Shown here piece by piece: positions 41,174-50,184 of a stretch of 64,000 bases of DNA (the first letter of the stretch is position 1; each line of letters begins with the position of its first letter). A program made the position numbers and the translations under genes. The stretch comes from Lentisphaeria bacterium (GTDB lineage Bacteria > Verrucomicrobiota > Lentisphaeria > JABSQK01 > JAWLHB01), in the NCBI GenBank assembly GCA_041690595.1, contig JAWLHB010000017.1, positions 62,001 through 126,000 of the forward strand. Reading direction: 5' to 3'. Under the pieces are notes generated by a model. That model did no database searches. It saw only the letters and a program-made list of their open reading frames with translations, and was not told where the DNA came from.

Positions 41174-41872
41174 TCACCCCCCCACATGAATGGCTGCAAG
41201 ATGTCCGGGGAAGCGTGCGTCCACCTGCCAGCCAGCAGGCAGCTTGGCGGCGAGTTCAGCGGGTGTATAGGCGCGGCGCAGCGAGACCAGGCCATCGGCC
41301 ACAACAAAGGAACGACGAAAAAATGGCGTCGCAACGAGGGCAAAAGAGAGGTACGCCAGGTCGCTGCGCTTGAGGTCGTTGTGGATGGTGAGGTGACGGG
41401 CAAGGGAGGGTGCGGCCTCCGTCAATTGGCGTAGTTGTGGCGATTCGAGATGATGCAGAAGATGATTGCTGATGACGGCGTCGTAAGCAGTACCGGCCGC
41501 GATTGCGTCCTCAATGGTGGCGCAACTTGCCGTGAATGCGTCGGGCTGTGGGTGAGCGCGGAGAAAGTCGATCGCGCGTGGATCCGGATCGATGCCGACG
41601 ATCGTCAGGGCCAGACCGTCGCGCTGTGCCAGTCGGAGCAGGTGACGCGGAACGTCGCCACCGCCGCAGCCGATGTCGAGTATCCGCCAGGGCCGTTTCG
41701 CGCTGACCATGCGCGGGCGAAGCAGTTGACGATAGTGCCTCCCCCACCCTGCCACCAGGCGATTCACGACAACGAACTGCCGGTAGGTGCGCCAAAGCGC
41801 CTGGAGGTCGCAATCGTCGCGGTCCATCTCTTCGGTCGCGTGCGGTTCACGATGTCTAAGGAAGAGCGGCAT
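41174..41872 (-). CDS. Class I SAM-dependent methyltransferase (type III PKS-associated)
   Basis: ILDIGCGGGD, SNHLLHH, DGLVSLRRAYT; abuts the PKS gene. Confidence 0.9.
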   Translation of the reverse strand: MPLFLRHREPHATEEMDRDDCDLQALWRTYRQFVVVNRLVAGWGRHYRQLLRPRMVSAKRPWRILDIGCGGGDVPRHLLRLAQRDGLALTIVGIDPDPRAIDFLRAHPQPDAFTASCATIEDAIAAGTAYDAVISNHLLHHLESPQLRQLTEAAPSLARHLTIHNDLKRSDLAYLSFALVATPFFRRSFVVADGLVSLRRAYTPAELAAKLPAGWQVDARFPGHLAAIHVGG

Positions 41873-42949
41873 TCAGCAACTCTCCAGAAGGAGCCCCTGC
41901 AGGGTGATACCCGGGCCGAAGCCGAGGGAAATGAGGGGCTGACCGGGAGGCAACTTCCGCGCGGCCATCTTCCTGAGAACATGGAGAAGCGAGACGCTGC
42001 TCATATTGCCGTGATCGCGCAGGACCTGCCTGGAGGCGGCGAGGTGGGATTCATCGAGGTCAAGGACCTGCTTGAGAGCATCGAGAATGGCCGGACCGCC
42101 CGGATGGATGGCCCACGCCGTATCGGGAAGGAGGGGCCACCGCCAGCGCTCGAGAATGCTAGGTATGGAGGTGCCGGTGGCACCTGACAATACCTGCGGG
42201 ACCTGGCGGGAAAGGGTCATGGCGAAACCATGGTCGGTGATCGTCCATGTAATGTGACGTGGTGAATCCGGCAGGATGGTTGCCTGGCCACGACAAAGAC
42301 GGAAGAGGGCACCGCGTGGATCACTGGTGACGACCGCGGCGGCCCCGCCATCGGCAAAGAGCGCGGCGGACATGATGGCGTCCATCTCGGTTTGAGGCTG
42401 CAGATGCAGAGAACAAAGCTCGCCGGCGACAACGAGAACGACGGCACTGGGTTCGGCATCACAGGTCAAGCGTGCCAATTCGAGAGCGGGCAGCGCGGCA
42501 TAGCAGCCCATAAAGCCAAGATGAAAGCGTTGCACATCGGGGCCAAGGGCAAGATCGCACTGCACCCAGGCATCCGGTCCGGGTGCTTCAAAGCCCGTAC
42601 ACGAGACGGTAATCAGGTGAGTGACGGAGGCCGGCGCGATAGCTTTGGCGGCAAGCGCCTTGCGAGCTGCCGCAACAAAGAGCGCTCTTGCTTCACGAGC
42701 GTATAGCGCGTTGCGGGCACCGGTAGATTGAGCGAGGATGCCCGGAGAACCATTGAAGAAGAAGGAGCCGCCGGCGAAGTCTGGCAGAATGACATGCCGT
42801 TGAAGTATGTCGGCCTGGCGATGCATCTGCTGAACAAGTCGTCGCAGACGCGGGGATTCAACGCGAGTGGCGAGGCGCTCACATAACTCTTCCTGCGTGC
42901 AGGCAGTACCCGGGTTGATGGTCTCGATGGCATGTAGATAGGCTGGCAT
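41873..42949 (-). CDS. Type III polyketide synthase
   Basis: Catalytic triad motifs FMGCYA, AIHPGG and HGNMSS; also ALFADG and GFGPG. Confidence 0.95.
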   Translation of the reverse strand: MPAYLHAIETINPGTACTQEELCERLATRVESPRLRRLVQQMHRQADILQRHVILPDFAGGSFFFNGSPGILAQSTGARNALYAREARALFVAAARKALAAKAIAPASVTHLITVSCTGFEAPGPDAWVQCDLALGPDVQRFHLGFMGCYAALPALELARLTCDAEPSAVVLVVAGELCSLHLQPQTEMDAIMSAALFADGGAAAVVTSDPRGALFRLCRGQATILPDSPRHITWTITDHGFAMTLSRQVPQVLSGATGTSIPSILERWRWPLLPDTAWAIHPGGPAILDALKQVLDLDESHLAASRQVLRDHGNMSSVSLLHVLRKMAARKLPPGQPLISLGFGPGITLQGLLLESC

Positions 42950-43015
42950 TGCATACTATAGAAGCCTTCCGCCTCAGCGGGGCTAGAGACCGGGGAAATC
43001 TTTGCAAACCGTCAC

Positions 43016-43044
43016 TTGCAAGAGTCGGAGAGATAGGCTACCTT
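43016..43044 (+). promoter_or_regulatory. Putative sigma70 promoter of the TM1266-hydG unit
   Basis: TTGCAA-N17-TACCTT. Confidence 0.55.
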
Positions 43045-43050
43045 ATTCGT

Positions 43051-43227
43051 GAGCAATGTAGCGATACCTGCGGCAAGGGCCATGGTGGCCTGACCCAGAG
43101 GGAGCGAGCTGCACGGCAAGCGAGCGGAAGGAACCTAAGTTCTGCCCTGCTGGCAAGACGTGCACAGGATCTGGTCTCAGACCCCGGATCGTTCTCCTTC
43201 CAAGGTGGACGCCGGGGTTTTGCATTT
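43051..43227 (+). ncRNA. Structured 5' leader, candidate riboswitch/attenuator
   Basis: Nested stems GATACCTG/CAGGATC, GGCCA/TGGCC, TGCACG/CGTGCA, AGCGG/CTGCT and GGAAC/GTTCT, followed by a terminator and a competing hairpin. Confidence 0.55.
43179..43227 (+). terminator. Intrinsic terminator directly upstream of the TM1266-family gene
   Basis: ACCCCGG..CGTTC.CCTT-CC-AAGG.GGACG-CCGGGGT followed by TTTGCATTT. Confidence 0.7.
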
Positions 43228-43242
43228 ACGGTGGAGAGGGCC

Positions 43243-43488
43243 ATGGAGACGCGCATAGGAGTTGTATCCATTCTGATAACGGACAAGCACGTAGTCGCCA
43301 CGGTGAACCAGCTGTTGAGCGAATTCGGGGAGATCATCCTTGGACGAATCGGGGTACCCTACCGGGAGAAAGGACTGAACGTCATTGCGCTGATTGTGGA
43401 TGGAACGACGGACAAGGTGGGTGCCCTGACCGGGCGCCTGGGGGCTTTGGACGGGGTAACGACTCGCACTTCGCTTCTAACGAAATAA
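43243..43488 (+). CDS. TM1266-family iron-only hydrogenase system putative regulator (81 aa)
   Basis: METRIGVVSILI...VNQLLSEFGEIILGRIGVPYREKGLNVIALIVDG..ALTGRLG; RBS GGAGAGG; lies directly before hydG. Confidence 0.9.
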   Translation: METRIGVVSILITDKHVVATVNQLLSEFGEIILGRIGVPYREKGLNVIALIVDGTTDKVGALTGRLGALDGVTTRTSLLTK

Positions 43489-43502
43489 CCAGGGGAAAGA
43501 AG

Positions 43503-44936
43503 ATGAGCCGCATGGCTGATATGCAGCAGTTGAGCAAGGGCGCAGTGGATTTCATCGACGATGCGCGGTTGACGGCCTTGATAGACACCACGCAGCCCGA
43601 TGCCGAGCGGGTGCGGGCAATCCTGGCTAAAGCCTTGGAGAAGCAGCCGCTGAGCGTGGAAGAGACCGCGGTGTTGATCAGCGCAGACTCTGAGGAGTTG
43701 ACCGAGGAGATCTTCGCCGCGGCGCGGCAACTCAAGGAGCAGGTGTACGGCAACCGGATTGTGCTCTTTGCGCCGCTGTATGTCGGCAGCAGCTGCACGA
43801 ACGACTGTGTCTACTGCGCCTTCAAGCGTAGCAACAAGGATGCGATCCGGCGGACGTTGGATATGACGGAGCTGCACGAGCAGGTTCTGGCGCTCGAGGC
43901 GAAGGGGCACAAGCGGCTCATCCTGGTATGGGGAGAGCATCCACGCTATGATGCCGACTTCATGGCGGAATGTGTGCGCACGGTATATGCGACGAAGAGC
44001 CCCAATGGCAAGGGAGAGATACGACGCGTTAACATCAACGCGGCACCACTGGACGTGGAAGGTTTCCGTCAGGTCCACGCCGCGGGCATCGGGACGTACC
44101 AGATCTTTCAGGAGACGTACCACAAGGAGACCTATGCCAAGGTGCATCCACCCAAGGATCGCAAAGGCAACTACATGTGGCGCCTGGACGGATTGAGCCG
44201 CGCCATGGAAGCCGGCTGCGACGATGTTGGATTCGGCGCGTTGTTCGGGCTTTACGACTGGCGGTTCGAGGTCCTGGCCCTGGTGACGCATGCTCTGCAC
44301 TTTCAACAGAAGTATGGGGTAGGCCCCCACACCATCAGCTTCCCCCGGCTGCAGGCTGCCAGCGGCGTGAAGCTGGACGAGCGCTGGTTGGTAAATGACC
44401 ACGACTTCAAACGGATCATCGCGATCCTTCGCCTGGCGGTGCCGTATACGGGGCTGATCCTGACCGCGCGCGAGAAACCCAAGCTCAGGCGTGAAGTGAT
44501 GGCCTTTGGGGTATCGCAGATCGACGCGGGCAGTCGCATCGAGATTGGCGGCTACACGGAACACAACGAGATGCAGTCGCTCGAGCGTGAGCAATTCGAG
44601 TTGGGCGACGTGCGCTCGCTGGATGAGGTGATGCGTGAGTTGGTGGAAGATGGCTATATCCCGAGCTTCTGCACGGCCTGCTATCGGCTCGGACGCACAG
44701 GTGAACACTTCATGGAATTTGCCATTCCGGGCTTCATCAAGCGGCTCTGTACGCCAAACGCCTTGACCACGCTCTGCGAGTACCTCACCGATTACGGAAC
44801 CCCAGAGACCATCGCGGAAGGCGAACGACTGATTACGCAAGAGCTGGCGAAGATGGAGGAAGGTCCACGCAAGGAGGAACTGCAGAACCGCTTGACGCGG
44901 ATTCGCACCAGCGATGACCGCGATCTCTACTTCTGA
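43503..44936 (+). CDS. hydG: [FeFe]-hydrogenase H-cluster radical SAM maturase HydG
   Basis: APLY..SCTNDCVYC, YQIFQETY, PHTISFPR; C-terminal SFCTACYR...CTPNA. Confidence 0.96.
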   Translation: MSRMADMQQLSKGAVDFIDDARLTALIDTTQPDAERVRAILAKALEKQPLSVEETAVLISADSEELTEEIFAAARQLKEQVYGNRIVLFAPLYVGSSCTNDCVYCAFKRSNKDAIRRTLDMTELHEQVLALEAKGHKRLILVWGEHPRYDADFMAECVRTVYATKSPNGKGEIRRVNINAAPLDVEGFRQVHAAGIGTYQIFQETYHKETYAKVHPPKDRKGNYMWRLDGLSRAMEAGCDDVGFGALFGLYDWRFEVLALVTHALHFQQKYGVGPHTISFPRLQAASGVKLDERWLVNDHDFKRIIAILRLAVPYTGLILTAREKPKLRREVMAFGVSQIDAGSRIEIGGYTEHNEMQSLEREQFELGDVRSLDEVMRELVEDGYIPSFCTACYRLGRTGEHFMEFAIPGFIKRLCTPNALTTLCEYLTDYGTPETIAEGERLITQELAKMEEGPRKEELQNRLTRIRTSDDRDLYF

Positions 44937-44952
44937 TTGGCAGAGGCGAGCG

Positions 44953-46731
44953 CTATTCCGTCTTCTTTGAGCCGAAGATGCCCTTTATCAACGAACCGGC
45001 TTCCCCACCCTCTTTTTCGAGGGTTTCTTCCAGCTTGCCGCGGGCGGCTTCAGTGGCGTGATCCTTGCCGGCGTCCACCAGGGAGGAGCCAAGCTTTCCA
45101 GAATCGAGAATGACGCGGGGCCGTTCGAGCGGCCCTTGGAGGGTAATTGGGACAGCGATGCTCTTGATGAGCAGATCGCGACCGCCGATACCGGATGTCT
45201 TCACGTTCTTGAGGTCGACCATCATGGGAAGGAGGAGTCCTGAGGCGCGATTCCACGTGCCTTCCGCGCGAATGTCCAGAGTACCGCTGGAGAAGCGCTG
45301 CTCGACGGAGTCGCTGAGCATGGCCTGAACGGAATCCATGGGCAGATTCAGGTAGACAAAGCTGAGCAGGTTGTCGGCATCCTTGCCGCCCATGGCGGCG
45401 CTGGCCAGGCTGATCTGAGCGAGGATGGAATCATCGCGGGCACGCAGAGCGAGTTGAGGCGTTTCGGCCAGCAGATACGGTTGCGTGGAGAGGAAGTTGG
45501 CGACAAGATCGAATTTCGTCTCGCCAAGGGTGGCGATGGTGAGTCCATTGATCTCGATCTTGTCGATCTGGAGGGCTGGCGCCCCCTGGAGGAGGTGATT
45601 GGCGCGTACGCGGGTGATGCCTTCACGAAGAATGCGTTCGCGCATGGTCTCATCCATGGTCTTGCCATCTTCGGCTTCCGGAGTGGAGAGTTTCTCGAGC
45701 AACCGCTGCAGTTGCCGCAAGCGATCACGCCAGAGTTCGGCCTCGGCGATATAGTCGTCAATGGTCTTGATCTGGGGATCTTCCGGAGGTGGTTCCGGGG
45801 CGGGAGCATGAAGGATGACTCCCGGTTCCGCACGCTGCGCGCCGCTGGTTGCATCCGAGATGCTCAGCTTGCTGATGCGCAGCCTGCGCCGGAAGAGATC
45901 GAGATTGCTGAGATCGGCTTCGACGAGGGAGGCGGCAAAAAGGTCGCGCTGCAAATCGGCGGCGTCGGCCATGGCGAGCCCGTCGACAACCATGCGTCCC
46001 TGGCGAAGATCGAGGTGTGCCTCATTCAGATCGACAGTCGCTCCATTGACCCGTTCAAGGCCGGCCTTGAGCTGGCGGGCGAAGATGGGACCATTGAAAA
46101 GCTGCCAGATCAGCACCAGGGCCAGCATCAGGAGGAAAGCGGCGACCAGACCGACGACTCTGATCGGATTGCCGATGCGTTTGCCGAAGAGCTTCTCGTA
46201 CTTGGCAGGATCGGGCTTTCCGCCAAGGAGCAGCCAGGAGAGGAGCTTGAGCCAGGTTTTGTCCATCCAGAGCTTGTAGGCGGCAGAGTCCCGATTCAGG
46301 TTGACAAGTTTGCGGTGCAACCGCCGCAGAAGCATCGAGAAAATCGCGCCAAAGAGGATGCCGATGACGATGGCGGGGAGGATGCCCCCGGTGACGACGT
46401 AATACTCGAAGCCGCACAGGGCGAAGAAGGGAGCGTTGACCAGCGTGGCGAAGATGCCCTGCAGGGGACCATCGAGGATGAGGCTGCCGAGAAAGAAGCT
46501 GAGCGGAAGCATGACGAGCATGAGGAGACGCGCCAGCAGGACGCACAACCCCACCAGGAAGAGGTTGACGTTGAGGATGAAGGTGAGGAGAACAAGAGCG
46601 ACCAGGAGTCCGGGCGCTTGTTCGAAGCCAGGAACAAAGCCAATGAGGGCGCCAAGTATGCATGCGGCATAGAGCTGAAAGGCGGTGGCAGCGCCGAAGA
46701 TCAGTTTACCCAGTTTGCGGAAGAAAAACAT
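44953..46731 (-). CDS. TIGR03546 (DUF2062-like) membrane domain fused to a TIGR03545/AsmA-like domain
   Basis: Start at ATG 46731 (MFFFRKLGKLIFG); N-terminal TM bundle with NAPFFAL..F; then LE.VNGATVDL, an AsmA-like region. Confidence 0.7.
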   Translation of the reverse strand: MFFFRKLGKLIFGAATAFQLYAACILGALIGFVPGFEQAPGLLVALVLLTFILNVNLFLVGLCVLLARLLMLVMLPLSFFLGSLILDGPLQGIFATLVNAPFFALCGFEYYVVTGGILPAIVIGILFGAIFSMLLRRLHRKLVNLNRDSAAYKLWMDKTWLKLLSWLLLGGKPDPAKYEKLFGKRIGNPIRVVGLVAAFLLMLALVLIWQLFNGPIFARQLKAGLERVNGATVDLNEAHLDLRQGRMVVDGLAMADAADLQRDLFAASLVEADLSNLDLFRRRLRISKLSISDATSGAQRAEPGVILHAPAPEPPPEDPQIKTIDDYIAEAELWRDRLRQLQRLLEKLSTPEAEDGKTMDETMRERILREGITRVRANHLLQGAPALQIDKIEINGLTIATLGETKFDLVANFLSTQPYLLAETPQLALRARDDSILAQISLASAAMGGKDADNLLSFVYLNLPMDSVQAMLSDSVEQRFSSGTLDIRAEGTWNRASGLLLPMMVDLKNVKTSGIGGRDLLIKSIAVPITLQGPLERPRVILDSGKLGSSLVDAGKDHATEAARGKLEETLEKEGGEAGSLIKGIFGSKKTE

Positions 46732-46905
46732 GGTACATCCTTTGGCGGAGAGACGATGATGAGAAGCTGTGACACTGCAATGTACAGGTGTCGGAGGGAG
46801 GTACAACCGGGAAGTGCAACGATTGGATTGCGGCGCCGGCAAAAGGACGCTATATAGAGTGGTGAGGAGACGAAGAACGCAACATCATTTCGTGGAGGTT
46901 ATGGC

Positions 46906-47814
46906 ATGGCTGACAAGGACTTTGTGCTGACGCTGGCAAAGGTGATGATCGCTGCTGCCTGGGCAGATGGCGATCTGGAGCAGGGAGAGATCAACGCGCT
47001 GAAGGATCTGATCTTTCGTCTGCCGGAAGTCGGCGGAGATGACTGGCTGCACTTGCAGCGATACCTGGAGCGGCCTGTTGAACCGCCGGAGGCGCACCGC
47101 ATGATCGCGGAGCTGCAGGCGCGAGTGAGCAGCGAGGAAGAGCGGCTGCTGGCTCGGCAGGCATTGAGCGAGTTGATGCAGGCAGACGGAGTCTTCGAGG
47201 CTGAAGAGCGGGAAATGCTGGAAGAAGTGCAGAAAGCTCTATCGGCGGGAAGCGGGCTGTTTGGTGGACTGAGCAAGCTTCTTGGTCGCTGGATCGGGCG
47301 GCGGCGGGAAGTGGTGGCCGAGGGGCCGGATCCGGAAGATTACCTGCGCAACGTGATCTACCACGACGTGGTCGCGAGAATGGGAGAGGAGAATCAGCTC
47401 GACCTGCCGCCTGAACAATCACGGAAGCTGTGCCTGGCGGCGGGATTGATGGCGCAAGTTGCCCATGCAGACCTCGACGTGAGCGAGACGGAGAAACAGG
47501 CAATTTCACGGGCGCTGCGAGAGCACTGGGGACTCAACGAGGGGCAGGCGGAGTTGGTAGCGGAAATCAGCTGCCAGAAAGCCACCGCGGGAATCGATCT
47601 GGCGCGATTGAGCCGTGGATTCTACGAGAGCACCGAGCGGGAAGAACGCGAGGCGTTCATCGTGACCCTCTTTGCGGTGGCCAACAGCGCCAACCTGACG
47701 GCAAATGAAGAGATCGACCGCATTCGCCAGATCTCAAACTATCTGCGGGTGCCGCATCAACGGTATCTGGAGGCGAAATTGACCATACCCAGGGATGATC
47801 GGCGAGGGCTCTGA
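46906..47814 (+). CDS. TerB-family (tandem domain) protein
   Basis: AAAWADG...E, MQADG and VAHAD...E motifs; RBS GGAGG. Confidence 0.85.
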   Translation: MADKDFVLTLAKVMIAAAWADGDLEQGEINALKDLIFRLPEVGGDDWLHLQRYLERPVEPPEAHRMIAELQARVSSEEERLLARQALSELMQADGVFEAEEREMLEEVQKALSAGSGLFGGLSKLLGRWIGRRREVVAEGPDPEDYLRNVIYHDVVARMGEENQLDLPPEQSRKLCLAAGLMAQVAHADLDVSETEKQAISRALREHWGLNEGQAELVAEISCQKATAGIDLARLSRGFYESTEREEREAFIVTLFAVANSANLTANEEIDRIRQISNYLRVPHQRYLEAKLTIPRDDRRGL

Positions 47815-47817
47815 CGT

Positions 47818-50130
47818 TCAGCTTTCCAGCTCGAAATCGCCGTCGTCAATGCGGAACCGGGGCGCCTCGTCGTGATGGTCGTCTTCAGGCTCGGGGGCGG
47901 CACCGGAAGGGGGCTTCCGATCCGCGGGCTTCTCGGCGCCTGAAGGCTCATCTTTGGCGCGGGCTCGTTTCTCGGCTTCGGCCTCATGCTCCAGCGCAAC
48001 CTGACGCTGGAGGCGAGCGAGGTTAAGAGCGCCAGGGGCGATGGCCGTAGCATCATCGGGCTGGGGAACGTCTTCGTCAAGACCGGGCTCTTCGACCTGC
48101 GGGTCCTCGTCTTCCGGGGCGAGATGATCGGGAACGGCATCGCTGCCCCGCTTGACCTGGAGGAATTTAAGGATGTTCCGGGTGTCGATCTTGAGACCTC
48201 GGGCACGGGCGCCACGGATGGGGATCTGCTCGAAATCCAATTCGCAGTGATCGACGCGCTGGCGGGCCTTGGGTTCGAACTCGCAGCGGATGACAACGCC
48301 GTACCGATCGAAGACCTTCTCGACCTTGGATCCTTTGGGACAGGCGCCGTACTCCTTCTCCATGATGTAGCTGTCGATGCGAAAGCGCTTGGCAAAGGAG
48401 ACGCGCGACTTGCGATCGCGATAGATCATGGAGTAGACCTGATCCTTGTCAGCCTTGAAGACGGCGCAGACCGGGCCAATGTAGAGCTTGTCGGGAATGG
48501 GAAGGACCTGATAGGTGCCGTCCCACTTGAGGATGACCAGCTTGTCGTATTCGGTGCAGGTGATGACTTCTTCGCTGCGCACGGAGGTACCGATATAGCC
48601 GCCGGAACGGTCGTGGCCGACCTTCACGTTGGTGAGGGCGACTTCCTTGACATTGACCGCCGCCATGTTCTGGATGCGGGTCCGCCGCGGATAGAGGGCG
48701 CCGTACTTCTTCTTCAGGCCCTTGATATAGCCGATCGTGTAGCGCTTGAGATGAGCAAGGTTTTCCCGGGCTTCCTCGATCTTGGCGAGGATGTCTTCAA
48801 GGTCCCGGCGATTCTTGTTGATATCGAAGAGGGAGATGCGGCGAATCTGAATCTGGAGAAGGCGCTCGATATCCTCATCGGCTATATCGCGATTGAGCAA
48901 ATGGCGGAACTGCTCCAAACCATCGCGGACTTCCTGCTTGACCAGTTCGTAGGTTTCGGCTTCCTCAATGCGTTTGTAGACGCGGTTCTCGATGAAGATC
49001 TGCGCCAGGGTCTTGGCGTGGAACTGATCGTTGAGCTTGCCCAGCTCGATTTCCAGTTCGCGGCGGAGGTCTTCCTTGAGCTTCTCAGCACTGTAACGGA
49101 GGCAGTCCGTAACCGTCATCTCGACAGGACGATTGTTGTGGATGACCAGGCAATTGACGGAGATGGTGTCTTCGCACTTGGTGTAGGCGTAGAGGGCCTT
49201 GACGGTCTGGTCGGAGTAGACGTTGCGCGGGAGAGTGATCTCGATCTCGATGGTTTCACCGGTATAGTCGGTAATGGAAGCGATCTTGATCTTGCCTTTC
49301 TGGGCGGCATCCTCGATGGAAGCAATGATGGTCTCGGTGGTACAGGAATGCGGGATCTCCCGGATGACCAGCTTCTTGTCGCCGACAGCCTCGATGGCAG
49401 CGCGGAGACGGACGCGCCCATTGCCATCGTTGTACTCGGAGACATCCATGGTGGCGCCTTGGAGAAAGTCGGGATAGAGCCTGAACTCTTCGCCATTGAG
49501 GGCGGCGATCTGGGCATCGAGCAGTTCGTTGAAGTTGTGCGAGAGAATGCGGGTGGACATACCGACGGCGATGCCTTCAGTGCCCTGCATGAGAAGGACC
49601 GGCACTTTGGCGGGCAGCGTAACCGGCTCTTTGTTGCGCCCATCGTAGGAGTCGGTGAACTCGGTTATTTCCGGATTGAAGAGCACATCGCGGGCCAGGG
49701 GACTCAGGCGGCACTCGATATATCGCGCGGCCGAGGCGCCATCTCCCGTGAGGATATTGCCGAAATTCCCCTGCTTCTCGATGAAGAACTCCTTGTTGGC
49801 GACGTTGACAAGGGCGTCATAGATGGAGGCATCGCCGTGGGGATGGAACTTCATGGTGTTACCCACGACGTTGGCAACCTTGTGGAACTTGCCATCATCC
49901 ATTTCATGGAGGGAATGGAGGATGCGGCGCTGAACGGGCTTGAGGCCGTCGTCGAGGTGGGGGATGGCGCGTTCCTTGATGACGTACGAGGCGTACTCCA
50001 TGTAGTACCTGGACATCATCGTGCGCAGGACGGAAGGGCCATCGTTGCGTTCCGCGGTCTCGCCGTTGCCATTGCCATTGATGGCGTCGGGCTCGGGGAG
50101 ACTTTCGTTGTCGATCGGATCGTCAGCCAT
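47818..50130 (-). CDS. parC: DNA topoisomerase IV subunit A
   Basis: DGLKPVQRRIL, FHPHGD; catalytic Tyr in AARYIE; short CTD with no recognisable GyrA-box; acidic tail. Confidence 0.9.
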   Translation of the reverse strand: MADDPIDNESLPEPDAINGNGNGETAERNDGPSVLRTMMSRYYMEYASYVIKERAIPHLDDGLKPVQRRILHSLHEMDDGKFHKVANVVGNTMKFHPHGDASIYDALVNVANKEFFIEKQGNFGNILTGDGASAARYIECRLSPLARDVLFNPEITEFTDSYDGRNKEPVTLPAKVPVLLMQGTEGIAVGMSTRILSHNFNELLDAQIAALNGEEFRLYPDFLQGATMDVSEYNDGNGRVRLRAAIEAVGDKKLVIREIPHSCTTETIIASIEDAAQKGKIKIASITDYTGETIEIEITLPRNVYSDQTVKALYAYTKCEDTISVNCLVIHNNRPVEMTVTDCLRYSAEKLKEDLRRELEIELGKLNDQFHAKTLAQIFIENRVYKRIEEAETYELVKQEVRDGLEQFRHLLNRDIADEDIERLLQIQIRRISLFDINKNRRDLEDILAKIEEARENLAHLKRYTIGYIKGLKKKYGALYPRRTRIQNMAAVNVKEVALTNVKVGHDRSGGYIGTSVRSEEVITCTEYDKLVILKWDGTYQVLPIPDKLYIGPVCAVFKADKDQVYSMIYRDRKSRVSFAKRFRIDSYIMEKEYGACPKGSKVEKVFDRYGVVIRCEFEPKARQRVDHCELDFEQIPIRGARARGLKIDTRNILKFLQVKRGSDAVPDHLAPEDEDPQVEEPGLDEDVPQPDDATAIAPGALNLARLQRQVALEHEAEAEKRARAKDEPSGAEKPADRKPPSGAAPEPEDDHHDEAPRFRIDDGDFELES

Positions 50131-50184
50131 AGAAGAATAGGAGCGTTGGGAATACAGGTTGAGGTGGCGGAAGTCGGCTCGGCA

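Noticed and set aside
43051..43227. SRP RNA, 6S RNA, SAM-I or TPP identity for the leader
   Set aside because: Only fragments match (e.g. CGGAAGGAA without GCAGC). The TPP TGAGA and the SAM-I AUC/GAU core are absent. Not formally excluded without cmscan.
42949..43242. N-terminal extension of the TM1266 ORF (179 aa in the track)
   Set aside because: Family similarity starts at METRIG with its own RBS, and the upstream part contains a promoter and a terminator.
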